A DNA stretch of 64,000 bases, taken from assembly GCA_963770585.1 (NCBI GenBank), contig CAVYQH010000004.1:48453-112452 (forward strand), written 5' to 3'. The position numbers and the translations under genes were made by a program. Source of the stretch: an uncultured Pseudomonadota bacterium (GTDB taxonomy: Bacteria; Pseudomonadota; Gammaproteobacteria; Steroidobacterales; Woeseiaceae). Positions 1 through 10,151 of the stretch are shown here, one piece after another. Within the stretch, counting starts at the first letter, position 1, and each line of letters begins with the position of its first letter. Below the pieces are notes generated by a model that saw only the letters and a list, made by a program, of their open reading frames with translations, did no database searches and was not told the origin of the DNA.

Positions 1-709
1 GAAAAGAATACTTGCTGTTTACGACTATTTTGTGATGTTTGGGCCGCCAAATCTCGACGAGCTTCGCTTTTTCGTAGGCGACTTCGACAGGTCCAGAATC
101 CAGTTGATTCCCAATTCGGTGCCGAAAGTTTCGACGACCCTGTCTAATAAGGAAAAGCGAATTCTCTGGCTTGGGAAGACTGACGGAGGAGCAGAAGCGA
201 GCCGATCTCATCGTTCCATACTGGATGGCCGTATGTGACCAGCTGCCAGAATGGCAGATTCGACGTTGTAGGTGACGGCCCTGCAAAAAGCCGAATCGAA
301 GGGCAGGTAAGAGATCTCGGCATTGAGCGAATTTGCCTGCACGGGAGGCAAGAGCCCGACAAGTACTTCGAACGCGCTTCGATCTTCGTTATGACGTCCG
401 CCTGGGAGGGCTTTCCAAATACTCTCATTGAAGCTCAAAGTTTTGGGGCGGTTCCCGTTCTATTTGACTCATTTCCGAATGCTAGCTGGATCGTAGAGAC
501 AGGCGTCAATGGGATTTCTCGTTCAACCTTTCGATATTCACCGTATGGCGAAAGAAACAGTCGCTTTGGCGAACTCAACAGATCTCTACGCCTTCATGCG
601 CCGATCGCTGGAAAATGCAGTGCGGTTCCAGATAGATAACGTGGGCGGCATGTGGTTCGAGCTATTCGAAAAGTATGCCCCTTCATCCGCTTCACCCCGG
701 CGACATTAG
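1..709 (+). pseudogene. GT-B/GT4-family glycosyltransferase, C-terminal part (5' end outside window), about three frame switches
   Basis: ORF fragments 32-238, 235-639 and 509-709 plus an unlisted frame-0 stretch (RLTEEQKRADLIVPYWMAVCDQLPEWQ) join into one GT1-type C-domain: KRILWLG.., DVVGDGPAKS.., IFVMTSAWEGFPNTLIEAQSFGAVPV.., ETGVNG/FLVQPFD. Frame changes near 177, 261 and 512. Confidence 0.7.
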
Positions 710-767
710 CTACATCGACTGCCTGAAACTGCGACCAATCGACAGATCAATGGCATTGCCGTAAGAC

Positions 768-1911
768 ATGCGCGCTATCCACGTGTCACCGCTGACTTCC
801 ATAAAGAACCGAGCGCTGAGCGCTTGGACGAATTGCAGGGGCTGGCGAACGCGACGCCACCTTGTGCTCTTTGACAGCGACGATTGGGGTGCTGCTCATC
901 TCAAAGACTCGGCCACGCGACAGCAATTGGTACGAAAAGGTCTGGACCTGGATAGTTCTTCCTACCACAGGTTCGATACGCTCGAAAGCAGGAATGACCT
1001 CGAAGGACTTTTCGAAATACTCTCTCGCTATCGCGACAAGGACGGCAACCACCCGATTTTCACTTTCAATACAGTAATGAGCAATCCCCACTATGAGAAA
1101 ATCAAGAAGGATGAAATTTGAGACCTACCACAGGGAAGGGTTTTACGACACATATCGCCGTTATCACGGGGACGATCTAACCCAATTGTGGCGCGCGGCG
1201 ATCGATGAACGCCTGATCTGCCCACAGTTCCATGCAAGAGAACACCTGAATGTTGGTCTATGGCTGGAAGACCTAAGAAAAGGGTTGCCTGAAACAAGAC
1301 TTGCATTCCAGAACGAATTCTGCGGATTGACAGTACGAACGACGTCAAAGCGTCAAAATAACTATTTGGCCGCCTACTGGCCGGAATCAACGGCCCATCT
1401 TCGCGACATAGCGGCCATCTTGAGCGAGGGGCTTGATGAATTTCGTAAGACATTCGGGACGGAATCGCGGTCATTCGTTGCATGCCGATACATTTTCCCC
1501 AAGGAACTCGAGACCGTGCTGTGCAACGAGGGAGTCGAACTACTAAAGGGCCAGAGAGGGCAATCGATGCCATCGATGGACGGAAGTCGTCTATCGACGC
1601 GCCGAATCTATACAGGAAAGGTCAACGACCTAGGTCAACGATACTGTGTTCGAAATGTTTTTTTTGAGCCTCACGAAGATGCAAACATAGATTGGGTAGC
1701 TGCGGCCCTCCAAAAAATTGACGAGGCATTTGCTTTCAGGAAGCCAGCAGTAGTCTCAACTCATAGAATCAACTTTGTTGGCGGTCTAAGCGTAAAGCAC
1801 AGAGATCGAAGTCTTAGACTGCTAGAGCAATTGCTGTCACAGATTGTCTTGCGCTGGCCGCAAGTCGAATTCATTACGTCCGACCAACTGATTGATCAAA
1901 TCACTGAATAA
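768..1911 (+). pseudogene. polysaccharide deacetylase-like protein (paralog of 6249-7373), one frame switch near 1100
   Basis: ORFs 768-1121 and 1093-1911 align end to end with the intact 374-aa ORF at 6249-7373. Shared motifs: F(D/A)xDDxxxx, RFDxxExRxDLExLFExL, PQFH(A/G)REHLNV, (V/I)SxHRxNFxG. The join falls at ..YEKIKKDE / KFETYHREG. Confidence 0.65.
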
Positions 1912-1947
1912 CTTGCGACTGATCAGGCCCGTCGGGAGAAAGCTGCG

Positions 1948-3021
1948 TTGAGACTGGCGGTTGTCTGTGTATCGCTAAAGGCAGGGGGCACCGAACGTGT
2001 AGTGTCGATGCTCGCGAATTACCTTGCTGAAAGACACGAAGTGCAAATTATTTCGCTCAGCAACATCGAGCCGTTCTATCCTTTGGAAAGCGCTGTGAAC
2101 GTCGTCCGGTTCAGACGTCGTGGGCGCGGCGTCAAGCGCCTGATTTACTATCCACAAGTGGCGCAGTTTATCCGCTCGAATGTCAAAGATTGGGGCGCCG
2201 ACACAGTATTGTCGTGCGGTGAAATGATCAGCCCATTCGTTACCTGCGCGCTTTTTGGCCTCCACGTTCGAAAGATAATCTACAACCAAGGCACTCCGCT
2301 GCGTAGCCTTGGGGGCGCTGCCGGATGGATAAATCCAAAGCTGTACTCACATGCCGGTGCGTTGATCCTTCAAACAGAAGCCTCCAGGCAAATGCTGGCT
2401 CAGAAGTATGAGAGAACGAAAATTGTAGTCATTCCAAATCCCGTCGAGGTCCCCGAGCAACTAAAGCCTATTGCAGATCGGCCAAGGGTGATTTTGAACG
2501 TCGGATCGATAGGCCGCTTGAAGAATCAAGAATTCTTGCTCCGTGTTTTTGCCAAACTCGAAGAAAAAGTTCATTGGGAGCTGAAATTCGTAGGCGAGGG
2601 ACCGGACCGGGCGAAGCTCGAAGCTGTTGCTGCATCTCTTGGGGTTCAAGGGCGCGTTCAATTTCTTGGAGAAAGAAGGGACGTCGGTCGCTTGCTCGCT
2701 GAGGCGCAGGTATTTGCCTTTACGTCTTTGTCGGAAGGCTTGCCTAATGCGCTTGCCGAAGCCCTTGCGAGCGGCTGTGCGTGCATTAGCTTCGATTGCT
2801 TAACTGGGCCGGCGGAGCTCATTGTCAATGACGAGAATGGCCTGCTAATTCAAATGGGCAAGGAAATGGAGTACCAGCAACAACTTTCGAGACTGCTGAG
2901 TGACGAAGGGTTGCGAGCGCGGTTGAGCAAGCAGGCAAACCAAGACATGCGAGCGTATTCGAAAGAAAAAGTACTTCGCCAGTTCGAGGAAGTTCTTCTT
3001 GCGAGTCTAGACTCAACTTGA
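1948..3021 (+). CDS. glycosyltransferase family 4
   Basis: N-terminal GGTERVV motif. C-domain has GSIGRLKNQEFLL.., FAFTSLSEGLPNALAEALASGCACISFD. TTG start; the stop abuts the next start (TGA ATG at 3019-3024). Confidence 0.85.
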   Translation: MRLAVVCVSLKAGGTERVVSMLANYLAERHEVQIISLSNIEPFYPLESAVNVVRFRRRGRGVKRLIYYPQVAQFIRSNVKDWGADTVLSCGEMISPFVTCALFGLHVRKIIYNQGTPLRSLGGAAGWINPKLYSHAGALILQTEASRQMLAQKYERTKIVVIPNPVEVPEQLKPIADRPRVILNVGSIGRLKNQEFLLRVFAKLEEKVHWELKFVGEGPDRAKLEAVAASLGVQGRVQFLGERRDVGRLLAEAQVFAFTSLSEGLPNALAEALASGCACISFDCLTGPAELIVNDENGLLIQMGKEMEYQQQLSRLLSDEGLRARLSKQANQDMRAYSKEKVLRQFEEVLLASLDST

Positions 3022-4200
3022 ATGCGACTTCTGGTTAATACTGCAAGTATTCTGAAAGGAGGCTCCGTTCAGGTCGCCTCCTCTTTTCTTCACGAGTGCA
3101 ATGAACTCGTCGAGCATGACTTCGGGGTAATCTTAGGGCCCGGACTCAAAGACGTTATCCAAAAGGAGCAATTCGGGAAAAACTTCACGTTTTTCGAACT
3201 GCCCTATCGCCCTGCACAACGGCTTCTTTTGCCAAGAAACGCTCAAGCGGAATTGAGGACTTTCGAATCAGAATTCGTGCCGGATGTAGTGTTTACGACG
3301 TCAGGCCCTTCCTACTGGCGTCCGAAAGCGCCACACCTGATGGGATTTAACATCCCACACTGCTTGTACCGTGATTCGCCGTACTTCAGTCGGAAGCTAG
3401 GTCCGCTGCAGCGAATGCGATGGAACCTCAAAACGCAAGTTACCCGTTATTTTACAAAGCATTTTGCCGACACTTGGGTCGTCCAGACCGATGACGTCAA
3501 CCAAAGGTTACAAGATTGGATTTCCTCAAATCGTGTTATCACGGTGCCAAATACCGTAGCGAGCTTTTACGAAACAAATGCACTGAATACCACGAATCGA
3601 AGTGAATTTACCGTAGTCGACCATCAGAAGTTTCGGCTCTTGGTTCTCAATAGCTACTATCCGCATAAAGACTTGGAGCTTGTTGACCGGCTTATCGATT
3701 TGATGCGGGAAGAAGGCCTCACCGACTTTCGATTCACCATGACGCTGCCAAAGACGGACTTCGAGAAAACGATTAGCGCTCGCAATCGGAGTTGGGTCAC
3801 GAATGTCGGCCAAGTTTCGCCTGAGGAATGCCCCCCGCTCTACCGACAAGCAGACGCAATGTTGATGCCCAGCCTACTCGAATGCTTTTCAGCCAACTAC
3901 GTTGAAGCAATGGCAATGCGGTGCCCAATAGTTGCAACGGACATGGGATTTGCCCGGACGATCTGCGCAGACGGAGCGACGTATTTTGAGCCGATGAACG
4001 CTTTCAGCGCGCTGGAAAAGATTCTTGAGCTTCGCTCAGATAAAGATCTTCGCCAGCAACTCGTGCATCATGGAGAAAGACAGTTGTCTCGGTTCGGCAC
4101 GTCCCGAACGCGTGCGGCTTCCTACCTGAATATTTGCCAGCGTCTAGTCGACGAAAGAAAGGAAGTTGGAGACAGCATTCGTGTCACAAACGAATCCTGA
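3022..4200 (+). CDS. glycosyltransferase (GT-B fold, GT1/GT4-like)
   Basis: 392-aa ORF. C-terminal E-x7-E-type region LMPSLLECFSANYVEAMAMRCPIVATDMGFARTICADGATYFEP is typical of retaining GT4 enzymes. Confidence 0.75.
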   Translation: MRLLVNTASILKGGSVQVASSFLHECNELVEHDFGVILGPGLKDVIQKEQFGKNFTFFELPYRPAQRLLLPRNAQAELRTFESEFVPDVVFTTSGPSYWRPKAPHLMGFNIPHCLYRDSPYFSRKLGPLQRMRWNLKTQVTRYFTKHFADTWVVQTDDVNQRLQDWISSNRVITVPNTVASFYETNALNTTNRSEFTVVDHQKFRLLVLNSYYPHKDLELVDRLIDLMREEGLTDFRFTMTLPKTDFEKTISARNRSWVTNVGQVSPEECPPLYRQADAMLMPSLLECFSANYVEAMAMRCPIVATDMGFARTICADGATYFEPMNAFSALEKILELRSDKDLRQQLVHHGERQLSRFGTSRTRAASYLNICQRLVDERKEVGDSIRVTNES

Positions 4201-5062
4201 CCTCTCAATCGTCTATATCGCCGGCAACGGACACTCCGGGTCAACGTTGCTCGACATGATTATCGGCTCGGCTCCAAAGTGCTTTAGTGCGGGTGAGATA
4301 ACCCACTTTGCAAGAGACGGAATTTCACAGGAGTATTGTAGCTGCGGCAGCACGATCAGAAACTGTGAAGTGTGGCAGTCCGTGTATGAATCTTGGAAAA
4401 CTTCGCAGCGTTTGACCGTTGAGGATTATCGCCGACTTAGATTCCGGTTTGAACGAAACAAGACGCTGCCACGACTCTTCAAGAATTTGATCTCGCCAAG
4501 TAGTGATTTTCAAGCGTACATTGAGTCTACAGAAACGCTTTTCAAAGCGATTCAAGCCGTTACGGGGGCCAGCCTGATAGTCGATTCATCCAAGTCAGCG
4601 GCAAGAATACTGATCCTAGGATCGTTTTCCGATGTCAAAGTGCTGCATCTGACCAGAAAGTTTACCGGCGTAATGAACTCACTAACCAGGTTTCATCCGA
4701 GAGACCTCAAAAAGGGCATCGAGGTTGACTTGCATCCTACTCGTCCACTGCGGGCTTTGCGAGACTGGGTGTTAAACAACGCGCTCGTGCGCGTGCTGAG
4801 CATAGGTGTCGAACGCCATCTCATTCACTACAGTGAATTGATTCGAGACCCAAGTTCAGTTCTGTCAATGTTCGATGCGGACTACAGCAACATTACTGAG
4901 CGGAATCTTGCGCCGCCCCATATGATCGCGGGCAACATGATACGACTCAGCAAAGACGTTCGTCTGGACCCTAAGATAGGAACCACGAGTGCCAAGCTTA
5001 CCGATAGGCAGAAAAAGTTCGGAGGAATGGTTGATACCTTGTTCTGGTTTTGGGCTAAGTAG
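4166..5062 (+). CDS. sulfotransferase family protein
   Basis: N-terminal PAPS 5'-phosphosulfate-binding-type loop IAGNGHSGSTLLDMI and a later VLHLTRKFTGVMNS (R...S, 3'-phosphate-binding-type). Overlaps the upstream GT by 35 nt; a GTG at 4181 is an alternative start. Confidence 0.7.
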   Translation: METAFVSQTNPDLSIVYIAGNGHSGSTLLDMIIGSAPKCFSAGEITHFARDGISQEYCSCGSTIRNCEVWQSVYESWKTSQRLTVEDYRRLRFRFERNKTLPRLFKNLISPSSDFQAYIESTETLFKAIQAVTGASLIVDSSKSAARILILGSFSDVKVLHLTRKFTGVMNSLTRFHPRDLKKGIEVDLHPTRPLRALRDWVLNNALVRVLSIGVERHLIHYSELIRDPSSVLSMFDADYSNITERNLAPPHMIAGNMIRLSKDVRLDPKIGTTSAKLTDRQKKFGGMVDTLFWFWAK

Positions 5063-5088
5063 CTGTTTAGCCAAACGGCGGACATTCG

Positions 5089-6237
5089 ATGTTACGGTCG
5101 GACAGAAAAATCGTCGTATTCAATCAAGCAGCAAACTACCTGACAATTGGCTTAGCAAACGCGTTCAAAAAGCGCTTTGGTCAAGTGGCGTTAATAACAG
5201 GTAGTGTCCATGTCCAGGGCGAAGAATTGGACGCGGACATTTCGGTCAGCAAGATCAATCACTGGTGTGAACGGCCGCCATGGCGAAAAGCGGTCTCCTA
5301 TATCATGGCGCTAGCAAGAGCCTGGCTCTTGCTCTTGACCAAGTATCGTAAGTATGAAGTGCTCTTTGTCTCCGTACCTCCAATGGGCTATCTCTTGAAT
5401 CTGGTGGTTCCCAATCGGTTTAGCATGGTCATCTGGGATGTCTACCCAGACGTCTTGAAAGTAACGGGAATGCGGGAATCCAGTCCAGTGTATAGAGCGT
5501 GGTCTGCGCTTAATAGAAAGTCGTTTGCGAAAGCATGGAAGCTATTTACGATCAGCAAATCGATGGCAGCGTCTTTGGCCAAGTACGGCAATCGAAGAGA
5601 ATTCATTGTTCACCCCATTTGGTCGATTTTCCAAGAATGCTCGCGGATACCGGCGTCAGAAAATCCATTCGTTCAAGAACACGGCTTGGACAAGAAATTC
5701 GTGGTTCAATATTCCGGAAACATTGGCGTGAGTCACAATGTTGAGGCGCTAGTCGAGATCGCAGAACTATTGAGGGGCGAAGAAGGTATCGTCTTTCAAA
5801 TAATTGGCAGGGGTCCTCGCAAACCAATGATCGAACGCTTGGTAAGAGAGCGAAATCTGCGCAATACACAGGTGCTCCCATTCCAGTCCGATGACATGTT
5901 CCCGTACTCCTTGTCCGCCGCCCATTTGGGGGTCGTAATTTTGCACGACGCTGTGGGCCAAGGAAGCGTACCGAGCAAAACATACAATCTGATGAGTTTT
6001 GGTATTCCCGCGTTGTACATTGCGGGAGAAGATACCGAGCTCGCCCGCTATGCTTCTACTTATGAGAATGCCCGCTGTTTTCGCGCAACGGATTCGGGCG
6101 CAAGTTCTTCTTTCATTCGCGAAATCGCTTTAGATATAAGCCTTTATCGGACGATGCAATCCAACGCAGAGCAAGCCGCCCAAAACTTTCGGCGATCCAA
6201 CGCAGATCTGTTCGTCGAAAGTTATCTGCTTTCATAG
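5089..6237 (+). CDS. glycosyltransferase family 4 (WcaI/WbuB-like)
   Basis: KIVVFNQAANYLTIGLANA N-terminus. C-domain has VVQYSGNIGVSHNVEALVE.., GRGPRKP.., GQGSVPSKTYNLMSFGIPALYIA. Confidence 0.8.
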   Translation: MLRSDRKIVVFNQAANYLTIGLANAFKKRFGQVALITGSVHVQGEELDADISVSKINHWCERPPWRKAVSYIMALARAWLLLLTKYRKYEVLFVSVPPMGYLLNLVVPNRFSMVIWDVYPDVLKVTGMRESSPVYRAWSALNRKSFAKAWKLFTISKSMAASLAKYGNRREFIVHPIWSIFQECSRIPASENPFVQEHGLDKKFVVQYSGNIGVSHNVEALVEIAELLRGEEGIVFQIIGRGPRKPMIERLVRERNLRNTQVLPFQSDDMFPYSLSAAHLGVVILHDAVGQGSVPSKTYNLMSFGIPALYIAGEDTELARYASTYENARCFRATDSGASSSFIREIALDISLYRTMQSNAEQAAQNFRRSNADLFVESYLLS

Positions 6238-6248
6238 AAGATTTCGAC

Positions 6249-7373
6249 ATGAGGCGTTCGGTACTCGACAACCTGAAGAACATTTCAGGCTGGCGTACTT
6301 CTGACAAGCTTGTCGTTTTTGCCGTCGACGATTATTGCAATGTTCGTATCGACTCCAAGTCCGCGCGTGATCACATGGTCAAGGAGGGGCTGGACCTGAG
6401 CAACCGTTTCGATCGCTTCGATGCTTTCGAAACGCGGGAAGACCTGGAAGCGCTTTTCGAGGTACTTTCGTCGGTAGTAGACAGTGCGGGCAAGAACGCA
6501 AGCATTTCGTCGTATTCACTATGCGCAAACTTGTCGTTTAGGACGACGTCTATGAAGGAGGGTTGTTACAACTACGAAAAAGTGACGGACACATTCTGTC
6601 GTCTGGCCGCGCAGCAACCGCGCGCCTACGAGGGAACATGGGATTTGCTCGGCGAAGGCATCAAGCGAGGATTGATCAAGCCTCAATTCCACGGCCGAGA
6701 ACACTTGAATGTCGAACTTATAGAGCGAAAGTTGAGAGCTGGCGATAGAAACCTTGAGATGAACTTGGCGCATAACTCAGTGGCGGGAATCGGTGCTGAG
6801 GCGACCATGCCAGGCGTTGGCTACACTCACGCATTCGGACTGTCAAAATATAGCGAAATTGACCGCCACACCGATATCATTGCAGAAGGCGTAAAGTTGT
6901 TCCAAGAAGTATTTGGATTTGCCGCTCGTACTTTTGCTCCACCAGCACAGAAGCTGCATCCTAAGTTGTACGGTTTCGTCGAGTCACTGGGCATATTGTC
7001 TATCGACAAGCCTTTAAGCTGTGTTCGTACACTCGACCAGAACAAGTCGTTGAGAGAATTGAACAGGCTTGGCAAACAACACGGTCAGCACCATGTTTCA
7101 GTCGTCAGAAACGTGGTATTCGAGCCGACGTCCGATTCGTCGATTGACTCTGTGGCTTTGGCGCTCAATCAGATCCGTGCCGCGTTCCGCTGGAGAAAGC
7201 CGGCAATCATAAGCTCGCACAGAGTCAATTTCGCAGGACACATCGATCCGGGTAATCGCAAGCGTGGCTTGGCAGATCTCAGGCGCTTACTCGATGGGAT
7301 TACGTCACAATGGCCGGACGCGCGTTTCTTGACGGTCGATGAACTGGTCGCACAAATATGGTCGGTGCCATGA
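6249..7373 (+). CDS. polysaccharide deacetylase-like protein (intact paralog of 768-1911)
   Basis: 374-aa ORF. A DD motif (FAVDDY) and HGREHLNV resemble NodB-type metal-binding motifs 1 and 2. Function inferred only from these motifs and the glycan-locus context. Confidence 0.55.
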   Translation: MRRSVLDNLKNISGWRTSDKLVVFAVDDYCNVRIDSKSARDHMVKEGLDLSNRFDRFDAFETREDLEALFEVLSSVVDSAGKNASISSYSLCANLSFRTTSMKEGCYNYEKVTDTFCRLAAQQPRAYEGTWDLLGEGIKRGLIKPQFHGREHLNVELIERKLRAGDRNLEMNLAHNSVAGIGAEATMPGVGYTHAFGLSKYSEIDRHTDIIAEGVKLFQEVFGFAARTFAPPAQKLHPKLYGFVESLGILSIDKPLSCVRTLDQNKSLRELNRLGKQHGQHHVSVVRNVVFEPTSDSSIDSVALALNQIRAAFRWRKPAIISSHRVNFAGHIDPGNRKRGLADLRRLLDGITSQWPDARFLTVDELVAQIWSVP

Positions 7374-8377
7374 CTACGAAGCTTCGGCGGCTGGCGTATC
7401 TCGCCTACTACTTCAAACAGCTGGATTGGCCGCTGGTCGCGAAGTTCATGAACTATGTCGAAGATCAAACAGGGCGGTCATCGGCGAAGCAGTGGCGTTA
7501 CATATTGACTGATAGCCTGCGGTACAACATTTCGCCGCTCGAATACTTTCAGTTTCGATTCTTCGAGCAAACGGACGATGAGAAAGCTCAGTGGGCTGGT
7601 ACTGGCACAATGTACGAGTTCCAGCGAAAAGCCAATCCGGCTGGATCGCGAATGCTTCTACTCGATAAGCGTTTGTTTTTCAAGAAGTATCGGAAGTTTT
7701 TTCGGCACGAGCTCTATACGCTCGATGAACTACAATCGTCACACTCGCTTTTGGCTGACATACTTGCCGATAACGACAAACTTGTCTTCAAAGAGTCGAC
7801 GGGAAATTGCGGATCAGGCGTAGCAATTCGAAGCACAGGCACCATCTCGACCGGAGACATGTTCGAGTATATGAAAGATCACGAATTCGACCTGGTCGAA
7901 ACATATATTGAGCAGCATCCGAGTCTTATGAGCCTGTCGCCGTCGGCTGTAAATACCGTGCGCATCATCACCCAAATTAGGGAGTCTGGAGCATACGAAA
8001 TTCTCGGATGCCGCCTGCGGATTTCAGTCAATTCCGAAGTCGATAACCTTGCGGCCGGAAATTTGGCGGCACCGATTGACACGGAAACCGGCATTGTCGA
8101 CGGCCCAGGCGTCTATGCCGACATGACTCGCGAGCCCGAAAGTATTCATCCCACGTCAGGGCAAGCAATCGTTGGGTTTCAAGTGCCATTTTGGAGCGAT
8201 ACCCTGGCAATGGTCCGCGAGGCAAGCCTGCTGGATACTCAGAATCGTTCGATAGGTTGGGACATAGCTATCACCGAGGAAGGACCTGGGCTGATCGAAG
8301 GAAATCACGATTGGTGCAAGCTCGTCTGGCAATTGCCGGTGAACCGGGGCCTGAAGCATCTGCTCGATGCGGCCTAG
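7358..8377 (+). CDS. sugar-transfer-associated ATP-grasp family protein
   Basis: The N-terminal region (LAYLAYYFKQLDW.., ISPLEYFQFRFFEQTDDEKAQW) and C-terminal GWDIAITEEGPGLIEGNHDW are characteristic of the ATPgrasp_ST family as I recall it. Overlaps the upstream gene by 16 nt. Confidence 0.65.
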   Translation: MVGAMTTKLRRLAYLAYYFKQLDWPLVAKFMNYVEDQTGRSSAKQWRYILTDSLRYNISPLEYFQFRFFEQTDDEKAQWAGTGTMYEFQRKANPAGSRMLLLDKRLFFKKYRKFFRHELYTLDELQSSHSLLADILADNDKLVFKESTGNCGSGVAIRSTGTISTGDMFEYMKDHEFDLVETYIEQHPSLMSLSPSAVNTVRIITQIRESGAYEILGCRLRISVNSEVDNLAAGNLAAPIDTETGIVDGPGVYADMTREPESIHPTSGQAIVGFQVPFWSDTLAMVREASLLDTQNRSIGWDIAITEEGPGLIEGNHDWCKLVWQLPVNRGLKHLLDAA

Positions 8378-8380
8378 GGC

Positions 8381-9049
8381 TTGCTGATGAAGCCGGCAGT
8401 GTATCGCTCCCTCAAGCGCTTGCTGGACATCACCGTCTCTGCCGCAGCGCTCTTTTTCCTGGCGCCCTTGCTTGTCGTCCTGGCAGTCCTTGTCTGGTTC
8501 AAGCTCGGCAGCCCGACACTGTACCGGCAAACGCGACCCGGGTGTCGTGGCAAGCCGTTCGAGTTGATCAAGTTTCGCAGCATGCTCGATGCGTACGACG
8601 CGCAGGGAAACTCACTGCCGAACGCCGAACGAATGACGCCGTTCGGGAACTTCCTCAGGCATTCAAGCCTCGACGAGCTGCCGGAGTTCTGGAACATACT
8701 CAAGGGAAACATGAGCGTCGTCGGACCGCGGCCACTGCTGATGGAGTACCTGCCGCTGTACTCGGCGCACCAACGGCGCCGGCACGACGTGCCGCCAGGG
8801 CTGACGGGGTGGTGCCAGGTCAACGGCCGGAACGCATTGTCCTGGGACGAGAAATTCGATCTGGACGTTTGGTACGTCGACAATGCGTCCCTTGTCCTGG
8901 ATATCCGGATCATCCTGATGACTGTCTCCAAGGTGTTTCGCCGCGAAGGCATTACTCACGAAGGCGATGTTGCGATGCCCAGATTCCGCGGCTCCGAGGA
9001 CCAGACCAGTTCCGTTAACGCGAGCGAGGACAGGCATTGCGCATCCTGA
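8381..9049 (+). CDS. small (PglC/WbaP-C-type) phosphoglycosyl transferase, initiating sugar transferase
   Basis: Bacterial sugar-transferase hallmarks: KRLLDITVSAAALFFLAPLL (re-entrant helix), KPFELIKFRSM, DELPEFWNILKGNMSVVGPRPLL, GLTGWCQVNGRN, DLDVWYVDNASL. Confidence 0.9.
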   Translation: MLMKPAVYRSLKRLLDITVSAAALFFLAPLLVVLAVLVWFKLGSPTLYRQTRPGCRGKPFELIKFRSMLDAYDAQGNSLPNAERMTPFGNFLRHSSLDELPEFWNILKGNMSVVGPRPLLMEYLPLYSAHQRRRHDVPPGLTGWCQVNGRNALSWDEKFDLDVWYVDNASLVLDIRIILMTVSKVFRREGITHEGDVAMPRFRGSEDQTSSVNASEDRHCAS

Positions 9050-10113
9050 TTACGGGCGTCGGCGGTCCCACTCCGGCGAGTGTTGCGCTGTCCCTCAAGC
9101 GCTTCAGCCGATACAAGGACTGTTGGTTGCTTGGCATCGATGCGAATCCGCTGGGCACTGGTCTGTATCGCAAGAACCTTTTTGACAAGGCCGTCGTTGT
9201 GCCGGTCGCCGCTTCTGCCGATTACTGGCCCGCCATCAAACGCCTGGTCGGGGAGAACGACATTGACCTCGCGCTGGTGCAGCCGGAAGCGGAGGTCGTG
9301 GAATGGAGCCGGCGAGCCCTCGGCGCCGAGCTGCCGTGCAAGGCCTTGTTACCGGCGTACGAGCTGGCGAGCCTGCTCGTCGACAAAGCCGCGATGACCG
9401 GCGTCCTGCAGGAGACAGACCTGGCTCCGATCTCTGTTCGCCTGTCCCGGGACCTGGCCGGCGTGGCCGACGTCGAAAGTCAGTTGCCGTACCCCTTTTG
9501 GGTCCGGGCGTCGTCCGGCAGCAGCGGGCTTGGCTCATTGCTGGTCGTGGACCGCGACTCGTTGGCAAGCTGGGTGAAAATCAACAAGGGTGTGAAGTCC
9601 TTCTTGTGCAGCGAATACCTGCCCGGGAGAAACCTCGCCTGCAAGTTGCTCTATTTCGACGGGCGATTGCTTCGCTCCGCCTGCGCCGAGCGCATTCACT
9701 ACATCATGTCCAAGGTCGCGCCTTCCGGCGTGACCGGCAACACCGCGTTCGGGCGCTTTCTCAATGAGAACCGGCCTGTGGATGTCTCCGTCAAGGCCAT
9801 GGACCTCCTATTTGCACAGTGCGGCGCAGACAAGCATGGCTTCTTTACCGTAGACCTCAAGGAGGACGCTCTGGGCAAGCCGAAAATTACCGAAGTGAAT
9901 GTCCGCAACGTCGCCTTCAACGGCTGTTTCGCGCAGCTCGGCGCCAACTTTTCCGAGGACGTCGTCAGATTGTTGACGAACGATCCGGAGTTCGATGCCG
10001 TCTACCGGCAATACCAATTCGACGACGACTACGTTTTCATCCGTGATGTGGACGTCGAGCCCATCGTGTTGCGATGCTCGGAGTTGCTGCCGGGGAATGG
10101 CCAGTTTTCCTAG
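9037..10113 (+). CDS. ATP-grasp domain protein (carboxylate-amine ligase-like)
   Basis: MRILITGVGGP Rossmann-like start, then an ATP-grasp-like central part (PFWVRASSGSSGLG.., CSEYLPGRNLACK.., TEVNVRN). Overlaps the PGT gene by 13 nt. Confidence 0.65.
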   Translation: MRILITGVGGPTPASVALSLKRFSRYKDCWLLGIDANPLGTGLYRKNLFDKAVVVPVAASADYWPAIKRLVGENDIDLALVQPEAEVVEWSRRALGAELPCKALLPAYELASLLVDKAAMTGVLQETDLAPISVRLSRDLAGVADVESQLPYPFWVRASSGSSGLGSLLVVDRDSLASWVKINKGVKSFLCSEYLPGRNLACKLLYFDGRLLRSACAERIHYIMSKVAPSGVTGNTAFGRFLNENRPVDVSVKAMDLLFAQCGADKHGFFTVDLKEDALGKPKITEVNVRNVAFNGCFAQLGANFSEDVVRLLTNDPEFDAVYRQYQFDDDYVFIRDVDVEPIVLRCSELLPGNGQFS

Positions 10114-10151
10114 TTGTTTGATTTGCGTCTCGAGAGCTGGCGAAACATTCA

